From Candidatus Shapirobacteria bacterium (GTDB lineage Bacteria; Patescibacteriota; Microgenomatia; UBA12405), in contig JBBAAS010000001.1 of assembly GCA_041658125.1 (NCBI GenBank), positions 15,917 to 79,916 on the forward strand: a stretch of DNA of 64,000 bases, given 5' to 3'. Shown here in pieces: positions 56,880-64,000 of this stretch. A program made the translations under genes and the position numbers. Below the pieces are notes generated by a model. That model did not search any database, was not told where the DNA came from, and was given only the letters and a program-made list of their open reading frames with translations. Every line of letters starts with the position of its first letter. Position 1 is the stretch's first letter.

Positions 56880-58428
56880 AGAAGGTAGTAGTGTTATTAA
56901 CAGGTGAGAGTGGGGTGAGAAGGGATAGATCAATCCCTTGCCGGATGGCATCATCGTAGGAAAAAATCATTAGTTGATGAGGTTTTAATTTGGCACCATT
57001 AAAGTTGGGGGATTCAAAATGAATATTGTCGATTTGAGTGACTTTACCGGTATCCAAACCGTTAACTACTAAATTGGCTTGAGACTGATATTTGGCTGGG
57101 TCGTATTGAGAGAAAAAGAGATAAAAAATATAAGGTTGGCCGTAAAAATCTGAAAAATAAATATCAGTTTTATCTTTAGAATTGGCTAATAAATAATTTG
57201 TGGCTTGCTGATATCCATAAAGGTGTTCGGGTGGTTTATTTTTAACAAAATGATTGAGATATAGATCAGAATAATAAATAAAGCTAAGTATATAAACAAA
57301 AAATATAAATATCTTTAATTTAGATGATGTAATTAGTTTTAAACCTGAAGCGATAAAGAAAATTAAAGGAATAGAAAGTGACATATCACGAACCGGTTGA
57401 ATTGAATCGCGGGTGAGAGCGGATGCTAAGGGGGCGGTTAACAGCCAAAAAAGAAAAAAACAAGTTAAGGGCGTAAGCCGTGATGACAGCTTTTTAAACA
57501 AACCCAAATACAAAAAAATTAATGATGGGTAGAGTATAACGCCGATGTATGGGGTAGAATGTCGAGCTACCTGCCAGTCACCTTCGAAAACCAGAAATCT
57601 TGGAGAAAAATTATTAAAATATCGCTCCCAAAAACCACGAAGAAAAAAGAATACCTGATTATGAAAAACGAGGTAGTCCGATCGGCTAGATTCAGCGACT
57701 ATTTGATTAACTTCGGTTTGATTTTGAGAATACGACCAGAGGCTAAAAACCTGAAGGCGGTTACTATCGTTTTGAGTTAGTAAACCAACGATTACCGGAA
57801 GGGCAATGATAAACAATGGAAGGGAAAATTTTAAGAAAAAGTTTTTTAGTGAGGGACGAAAAATAATTAGTAAGGCAAGAATTATTAAAGGGGACATAAT
57901 TTTGCCGCCTTGATAGGTGAAGAGGGTTAAACCAAAAACAAGGGATGACCAAAAATATTTTTGACGGACAAAAAAATAGGAAGCCAAAATTAATTCAAAG
58001 GTAAGAATATTAGTTTCCCAGGCACCCCGGGAAAAGAGAATATTAAATGGATTAAATGCTAAAAGAAGAGCCGAAATTAGCGCTAATTTTTTAGATCCAG
58101 GGGAAATGGCGGTGATTAACAAAAATAGAAATAAAGGGGTAAGAGAGCCAATGATGATCGATGGAAGCCTAACGGCCAGAGGGGTGAGGCCGAGATCGGC
58201 CACAAAAGGAATGGTAAGGTAAATATAAAACCCGGGTTTATAGTCACCAAACGATTTAAAAATAAAGGGCAATCTAACTCCATATTCATCTTTACCGGTT
58301 TTAATAATAGAATAAGCATTGTAACCAATTGAGGCTTCGTCCCAAAGTAGTGGGACGTAATTCGTTTGGTAGATTCGGACAATAAAAGCCAAAAGGGTAA
58401 TGATAATTAGCCAGTATTTACTAGTCAT
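56860..58428 (-). CDS. GT-C (GT39/ArnT-like) membrane glycosyltransferase
   Basis: WDEASIGYNAYSIIKTGKDEYG, FKSFGDYKPG, FSRGAWE. Confidence 0.85.
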   Translation of the reverse strand: MTSKYWLIIITLLAFIVRIYQTNYVPLLWDEASIGYNAYSIIKTGKDEYGVRLPFIFKSFGDYKPGFYIYLTIPFVADLGLTPLAVRLPSIIIGSLTPLFLFLLITAISPGSKKLALISALLLAFNPFNILFSRGAWETNILTFELILASYFFVRQKYFWSSLVFGLTLFTYQGGKIMSPLIILALLIIFRPSLKNFFLKFSLPLFIIALPVIVGLLTQNDSNRLQVFSLWSYSQNQTEVNQIVAESSRSDYLVFHNQVFFFLRGFWERYFNNFSPRFLVFEGDWQVARHSTPYIGVILYPSLIFLYLGLFKKLSSRLTPLTCFFLFWLLTAPLASALTRDSIQPVRDMSLSIPLIFFIASGLKLITSSKLKIFIFFVYILSFIYYSDLYLNHFVKNKPPEHLYGYQQATNYLLANSKDKTDIYFSDFYGQPYIFYLFFSQYDPAKYQSQANLVVNGLDTGKVTQIDNIHFESPNFNGAKLKPHQLMIFSYDDAIRQGIDLSLLTPLSPVNNTTTFYGYQTN

Positions 58429-60010
58429 AGGAGATTATCTCAAAAGCAGGGGTATTATCCAAAAAATTAACGGTATGAAGAATTTTGGAATTTGGTTTAG
58501 GATAGTTGCCATGACTGGTGATGAGAAGGGTATTTTTGGAAGGAGTAAGGGACTTAATGTCCCAATCATTAACAAATTTAAATTTATCGAAAGCATCAAC
58601 CCAGTACCAGTCGGCGTGAAAATCCCATTTTAGGTTAGTATCAGTCAGATATTTTTGAGGAGACCAGGGCCAATAGAAAAGAACAAATTCATGAGGTTCA
58701 CCATATTTTTTGGTAAAGATGATTTGCTTATAGTTAGGATAAAGCGGTTTAACAAACTCGATAGCCTGTTGATAACCGTACTGCCAAGTTTGAGACATGG
58801 ATGTGTTGTATTGAAGATATGTTTTTGAATAAAAAAGAAGCTGAAAAAGAGAGATTAATAAAACTAAAATTAAGACTATTTTGGAGCGGAGGAAACTTAG
58901 ACCGAGGACTATAAAAATGATATAAAAAGGAACAGCACTGGTGGCCCGAATTGAAGGAAAATCACCCATGGTTAGAGCTGAGGGTAAAAGACAAATTAAA
59001 AACATTACCAGTAAATAGCGATATTTTTTAAAAGCAACAAATAGGCCAAGATAAAAAAACGGTAAAAATATAGAAAAGATCAATCCGGTTGAAGGTGGAT
59101 TAAACTGGTAATTTTGGGAACCACGGAAAAAGATGGGTAAGGGATTTAGAAGGTCAAGATAATTTACAGTAAATTGCTGGCTAAAATAGGTAATTTTATT
59201 ATTAACAAGACGGTTTAAAAATTGGGGGCCGGAAAATAGTCGGCGATTTTCATTGATGAGATTGATTGAATTGGGGTTGATGATGCCCACCCAACGATTT
59301 CGGGCTTGAGATTCAGGAGAGAATAAATTGAGGACATTGGGAATGGCGAGAAGAAGAAAGACAATGAGTGATAGAATAACTATTCGGGAATCGATTTTTT
59401 TAATATTTTTTTGGTAAAACCAAAACAAAAATGGTGGTAGAATAGGAACTATTATCCGGGTGTTGTGATAAGCATATAGTGAGATTCCAAAAGATAGTAA
59501 GGCTAAAATGAGTAGAAAATGTTTTTTAAAAGAACTGAGAAATAACCATAAACCAAGCATTAAAAAAAATAGAGATAGGTTTGATTGAAAAACTGCTCGG
59601 GAAGGAAAAACTAACCAAGGGGAAATGGCAAATAAAAACATGGATAAAAGGTTAAAAATAGAGTTTGAGAAGAGTATTTGGACTAAGAAATAGGCCACTA
59701 TTACAGTCAGGGTACCAATAATAGCGTGAGGTAGGCGGATAGCAAACGCATTGAGGCCAAAGACATTAATAAAGGGGATGGTTAGATATAAGTTGGCGGC
59801 AGTCGGATAATCACCGTAGGCTCGGAAGTTAAATAACGGATACGAGACACCCCATTGATCTTTACCAGTTTGGAAAATGGAATAGGCGTTGTAACCATGG
59901 GAAACTTCATCCCAATTTAGAGATGAGGGAATTGAACCGAGTTCTGTAAAACGAAGAAAAACAGCTAGAAATAGTATTAGCCAAAAAAATAATTTAGTGT
60001 TTTTTTTCAC
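58421..60010 (-). CDS. GT-C (GT39/ArnT-like) membrane glycosyltransferase
   Basis: WDEVSHGYNAYSIFQTGKDQWG, YGDYP, SPW...SR. Confidence 0.85.
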   Translation of the reverse strand: MKKNTKLFFWLILFLAVFLRFTELGSIPSSLNWDEVSHGYNAYSIFQTGKDQWGVSYPLFNFRAYGDYPTAANLYLTIPFINVFGLNAFAIRLPHAIIGTLTVIVAYFLVQILFSNSIFNLLSMFLFAISPWLVFPSRAVFQSNLSLFFLMLGLWLFLSSFKKHFLLILALLSFGISLYAYHNTRIIVPILPPFLFWFYQKNIKKIDSRIVILSLIVFLLLAIPNVLNLFSPESQARNRWVGIINPNSINLINENRRLFSGPQFLNRLVNNKITYFSQQFTVNYLDLLNPLPIFFRGSQNYQFNPPSTGLIFSIFLPFFYLGLFVAFKKYRYLLVMFLICLLPSALTMGDFPSIRATSAVPFYIIFIVLGLSFLRSKIVLILVLLISLFQLLFYSKTYLQYNTSMSQTWQYGYQQAIEFVKPLYPNYKQIIFTKKYGEPHEFVLFYWPWSPQKYLTDTNLKWDFHADWYWVDAFDKFKFVNDWDIKSLTPSKNTLLITSHGNYPKPNSKILHTVNFLDNTPAFEIISYD

Positions 60011-61616
60011 GAAAGATACTTAATAATATAAATATTATAAAAGAAACGGTGGAAATTGTATTGGCGATAAAGCGAAGCGGGGTATTTTCGAAACTAAGAT
60101 AAAAAGAATGAGTACCGGAAGAGAGATTAAGAGTAATTAGACCGAGATCGTGATCTACGACATAAGGGGACGGAATATTGTCAACCTTTAGGGAAAAATT
60201 GGGAAAATAGACTACTGGCAAGTTAATAAAAGCGTTATCGGAGGAGACAATAATTTTGCCGGTGGCGGAATGGCTGTTTTTAGAAAAGCTGACGATTTGG
60301 GCTGTACCGGCGATAACTTCGGGACCTTTGGCAAAATAATTGGGAAAGTTTTTACTAAAGACTGGCCAATAATCTTTAAGACCGGCATCGCTTTGGGCGA
60401 TGACATTGGCAGGAGATAATTTCTGTTGATCGGTTAAATAGGGAAACCAAATGTCTTCTTTGAAAAAAGAGAAATTTAATAAAAGCACTAGAAATAGTAA
60501 CGACAGAACGGTCAAATAACGGTATTTTTTGAAAAATTTAATTTGCAACAAAAACCCAGAGATAAGGGCAAATGAAAAAACAGCCGGGGCTAGAAAGCGC
60601 CAAGGGAATTGGTAAAAAGGTAATAATGAAATATGCTGCCAAATAAAGGTTGATTTGTTGTGGGTGAGAAATAAACTAAAAAGACCAACAAAGAAAAAAG
60701 TAATTATTAAGTATTTGTTTTTAATTTTAGTTTTGTAATTGAGAATTAGATAGAAAATAATAATTAATGGAATGAACCATTGAAGATAACCCAGTTGAAA
60801 AGACATATCATCAATCGGCCCCCAAAGAGAGGCACCAAAACCCCAATCGTTGTGGTTGATAAACAACTGTTTTAGGGTGACAAAGTGAATAATGTAGTAA
60901 AAATAACCCTGAGTCATGGTGGCAACTGTGGTAAATTGTTTTTCAAAAAAAGCCGGAAGTACAAAGAAGACCGACAAAAGAAATCCGAGGAATGAGTATT
61001 TTATAAATGAAATAATTTTGGAGCGAAAAAATATCAAATGAGTTAAGATTAAAAGAGGTGCAACATAAAGAAGGGTTAAGTTGTGGGATAAGGCGAGGAA
61101 GGCAAGAAATAAGGCATAAAGTAAGTATTTTTTCTTGATGGAAAAATAAAATACAAAAGGTAATAAAGCTAGACCGAGATTTTCAGCTAAAGCACCACGA
61201 ACATAGCTGTTGATAGCTTGATAGGGTGCCAAAGAAAATAGAATTGCAGAAACTAGTCCCCCGCCAGGACCAAAAAAAAGCGATGATAATAAAAATATAC
61301 CAACAGGACGGATAAATGACGTGAGTATGAAAACTAGTTTGATACTATCAATATAGGGAAAGCCGGCAAAATGAAAGATTTCTCCGATTGCGTATGGAAG
61401 TGGAGAATAAAAATTGAATAAAGGATAACCGTAGCCAAATCCTCCATCAGGGACATAACGGCAAGGGATTTGACCATCATGAACACAAATGTCTAATTGT
61501 TGCAGACGAAAAACATGCATATCGTCTTGCATGGAAAAATAACCCGGTCTAAACAATCGGTAGCTACCGATTAAACCAAGAGCAAAAATAATAAAAAGTA
61601 TAAATTTTTTATTCAT
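59994..61616 (-). CDS. PTPS-related / YfhO-like GT-C membrane protein
   Basis: DDMH..R, GYGYPLFNFYSPLPY, YVRGALAE, QFPWRFL, YFP.F C-terminal beta domain. Confidence 0.85.
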   Translation of the reverse strand: MNKKFILFIIFALGLIGSYRLFRPGYFSMQDDMHVFRLQQLDICVHDGQIPCRYVPDGGFGYGYPLFNFYSPLPYAIGEIFHFAGFPYIDSIKLVFILTSFIRPVGIFLLSSLFFGPGGGLVSAILFSLAPYQAINSYVRGALAENLGLALLPFVFYFSIKKKYLLYALFLAFLALSHNLTLLYVAPLLILTHLIFFRSKIISFIKYSFLGFLLSVFFVLPAFFEKQFTTVATMTQGYFYYIIHFVTLKQLFINHNDWGFGASLWGPIDDMSFQLGYLQWFIPLIIIFYLILNYKTKIKNKYLIITFFFVGLFSLFLTHNKSTFIWQHISLLPFYQFPWRFLAPAVFSFALISGFLLQIKFFKKYRYLTVLSLLFLVLLLNFSFFKEDIWFPYLTDQQKLSPANVIAQSDAGLKDYWPVFSKNFPNYFAKGPEVIAGTAQIVSFSKNSHSATGKIIVSSDNAFINLPVVYFPNFSLKVDNIPSPYVVDHDLGLITLNLSSGTHSFYLSFENTPLRFIANTISTVSFIIFILLSIFREKKH

Positions 61617-61667
61617 TAAGTTTAAGAAGATAGATTAGTTTAATATAAACTTAATTGTAGGTATAAA

Positions 61668-62243
61668 TCACAAAAATAAAAATAAAGTAAATAGTAAAAG
61701 TAGATAAGTCGTTTTATAAATAAAGGATATTTGAGTAAGTTGAGAAGTTAAACGATGAAAATTGAACTTCAGACGATTAGCAAAGCCTGATTGGTAATAA
61801 GTTGAATTAAAGACAGGTTGACCGTGATTGTCGGTCAATAAATATAGAGAGTTTGGATCGGGATTGTCGGTACTTATATTTATCTGGACGATTCCTTCGT
61901 TTTTAGTGGGTAGCGGTTTATATTTCAAAACTAAATTTGAAGGGTCGCCAATATTAGATCCAGAAAAAGATAAAACTTTTTCATCAGTACCAGAGGAAAT
62001 TTTAAAATGAATTAAATTGTTATTTAAAATTTGGGGATTTTTAAGAGTGAAAGTAAGGGAGTTTAAATTGGTATTAGTAGTAGTGACTTCAAAATTATAA
62101 GTATGACCGATATCTAAGGAATTAAAAAATGTTGGGTTTGATTGATTGGAAATTGAGTGACGGGAGGTAATAAATAAGGTAGGTAAAAGAATTAATAGTA
62201 AAAACCCCAAAAGGATAAAACTAATGGCGATTATTTTTTTCAT
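61668..62243 (-). CDS. Hypothetical protein, extracytoplasmic beta-rich domain between two TM anchors
   Basis: Hydrophobic N- and C-termini with an N/T/S-rich middle, in operon context. Confidence 0.7.
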   Translation of the reverse strand: MKKIIAISFILLGFLLLILLPTLFITSRHSISNQSNPTFFNSLDIGHTYNFEVTTTNTNLNSLTFTLKNPQILNNNLIHFKISSGTDEKVLSFSGSNIGDPSNLVLKYKPLPTKNEGIVQINISTDNPDPNSLYLLTDNHGQPVFNSTYYQSGFANRLKFNFHRLTSQLTQISFIYKTTYLLLLFTLFLFL

Positions 62244-63414
62244 GGGCAAAAAAGATAATAAAGGACGTTAAAAATGTTAGATATTGAAAAATTATTTGAA
62301 ATTTTAGCGGATCCTGCATGAGACGGTAGCGAATAAGATTGTAGGGAGAAGTGACTTTGACAAATAAAGGATCGATGGGGATTAAATGTCCCCAGGTTAA
62401 ATAATTGTCATCGATAAGCAATACTCTTAGTAATAGCGGCAAAAACAGAAGATGACCCAGTAGCAACTTTTTGGGGGATGAGGCAAAGGCGAGCAGGTAA
62501 AAAGGGTAAAACCAAAGTAGCCACTGGGAATGAAAATTTACCAGGCAGACAAATAATAAGAAAATAAAAGTAATGTTTTTAAATATTGTTGAAGGTGAAT
62601 ATCTCCATGAATAAAGAAAATATAAGATGTAAATAATGGGGAAAACAGGTATAGAGAATAATTTAAACTCAATAATTTTTTGAGTTAGACCGGAACCAAT
62701 AAAAGACCGAATGAATGAAGAGTCGTTGATAAATGGTAAGACGCTAAATAGCAGAGGTATAAGAGAAATAAATGAGTATTTGATAAGTTTGGAAAAATTT
62801 GATCGGGTAGAAATAAGAAAGAAAGGTAAAAGTAGCAGGGAATAAAATTTTAAGGCAATTGATAGTCCAAAAATGAAAAACGATAAAGAAGGACGTTGAC
62901 GTTTTAAAAGATAAAAGGCTAAAAAAGTAAAGAAAACCGGAAGAATATCAAAATTTTGTAAAACATATATTAAGTAAAAAACTAAAGGGTTAAATAGCCA
63001 GAGTAGGTAATAATTTTTTTTGGGATAAAGACGGTAAATAAGTAAGCCTATTAGTGTATCTAAAAATAAATAGGGAAGTTTCAGGAGAAATAAAAATACT
63101 GGTAAATTGGCATAATTATTTTGATGATCACTCCAATCATTGATCCATGTTGAAAAATTTGGCGGAGCAATTTTTTGGACGATAGCGGAATATGTGCCGA
63201 AAGTAAAATAGGTTAAAGGTAAATAATTAAAAGTATCTTGGTATGGGAGATTTGTTTTATTTTGGTCAATATATTGATAAATATTGGTTACACCACGGGA
63301 TAAATATTGAAAATGAAAATATTGGCTTTTAATATCAGGATGATAGAACCAGGGTAATAAGAGTAGTTTGATAATCAAGGACAAGACGAAGAGTTGTTTA
63401 GCGGTTTTGGTCAC
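62221..63414 (-). CDS. Polytopic membrane protein, GT-C-like (GT87/ALG-like)
   Basis: Probable GTG start at 63414. YHPDI, FNYLPLTY, LKLPYLFLD, WLFNP, NFDILP, ALK. Confidence 0.7.
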   Translation of the reverse strand: MTKTAKQLFVLSLIIKLLLLPWFYHPDIKSQYFHFQYLSRGVTNIYQYIDQNKTNLPYQDTFNYLPLTYFTFGTYSAIVQKIAPPNFSTWINDWSDHQNNYANLPVFLFLLKLPYLFLDTLIGLLIYRLYPKKNYYLLWLFNPLVFYLIYVLQNFDILPVFFTFLAFYLLKRQRPSLSFFIFGLSIALKFYSLLLLPFFLISTRSNFSKLIKYSFISLIPLLFSVLPFINDSSFIRSFIGSGLTQKIIEFKLFSIPVFPIIYILYFLYSWRYSPSTIFKNITFIFLLFVCLVNFHSQWLLWFYPFYLLAFASSPKKLLLGHLLFLPLLLRVLLIDDNYLTWGHLIPIDPLFVKVTSPYNLIRYRLMQDPLKFQIIFQYLTFLTSFIIFFAHEKNNRH

Positions 63415-64000
63415 GGAAAAGATGAATTTTTGATAAAAAGCGATACCACTTTTGGCCAGACCATATGACAAAATTAATTAAATAATGGATAAAAACTCCA
63501 TGATATTTGATACTTCCAGAGACTAGCTTTTTATAACTAGCGTTAATCCCGGTTAACTGTTTGGCGCTGGCACCGTGTTGATGAATAATTTGACAATCAG
63601 GAAAATAAAATATATTTAAGCCAAGGGCGCGGATCCGGCGACATAAATCCATATCTTCAAAATAAAAAGGATAATGTTCATTCCAGCCGAAAAGTTTTTG
63701 AAAAAGAGTTTTTTTGATTAAAACGGCACCGCCGGAAATTGACCAAACGGAAATAGGTTCTTTGGTAATGGGGCTGTATTTTAAGTAGGTGGGTTTTCTT
63801 AACCAAAATTGTTTAAAAGCGTTTAAGGGTGTTTGGGGTGGAAAAACTGAACCTTGAGGTGTTAAATCAGTATTTAATAACTTGGGTCCAACTAAGCCAC
63901 ATTTTGGAGTTTCTAATAAAAACTTAAGCATTTGGAGTAATTTATTGTCGACTAATTCCATATCCGAATTAAGAAAAAGAAAAACATGGCTAGTAGCTTG
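63398..64000 (-). CDS. GT2 glycosyltransferase, 5' end outside the window
   Basis: The frame stays open to 64000 (QATSHVFLFLNSDM...). YFEDMDLCRR. Confidence 0.88.
   Translation of the reverse strand, partial: QATSHVFLFLNSDMELVDNKLLQMLKFLLETPKCGLVGPKLLNTDLTPQGSVFPPQTPLNAFKQFWLRKPTYLKYSPITKEPISVWSISGGAVLIKKTLFQKLFGWNEHYPFYFEDMDLCRRIRALGLNIFYFPDCQIIHQHGASAKQLTGINASYKKLVSGSIKYHGVFIHYLINFVIWSGQKWYRFLSKIHLFRDQNR

Noticed and set aside
59994-61616. Pterin biosynthesis role for the PTPS-related protein
   Set aside because: The family name is historical. The sequence is a polytopic GT-C-like membrane protein with no T-fold PTPS motifs.
1-64000. Alternative genetic code (TGA as Gly or Trp), inteins or introns
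   Set aside because: Full-length proteins end at TGA (for example 19984 and 26057), and protein sizes match family norms.

Overview
This is a gene-dense, AT-rich 64 kb segment that is almost entirely one cell-surface glycan or glycoprotein locus, open at both window edges. Standard code 11 fits, since TGA is used as a stop. The gene content and overlapping genes with few Shine-Dalgarno sites suggest a Patescibacteria/CPR genome of Microgenomates type (inference). It encodes about 10 GT4, about 10 GT2 and about 9 multi-pass GT-C-like glycosyltransferases, including a TMTC-like TPR protein. Also present are an O-antigen-ligase-like protein, a Wzm/Wzt ABC exporter, a FkbM methyltransferase with a duplicated coiled-coil repeat, GalE and a nucleotide-sugar dehydrogenase. 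The unusual part is the tailoring set: five cobalamin-binding radical SAM enzymes, one SPASM/twitch radical SAM, five SAM methyltransferases, three acyltransferase folds, and a thiolase + 3-hydroxyacyl-CoA dehydrogenase + deacetylase + GNAT module. An AbiE type IV toxin-antitoxin pair with an operator-like inverted repeat is translationally coupled to a GT-C gene. Two short gene scars and local GC-skew anomalies point to cassette shuffling. No rRNA, tRNA, CRISPR array, integrase or transposase was seen. All product calls come from motif recognition by eye, not from database searches.
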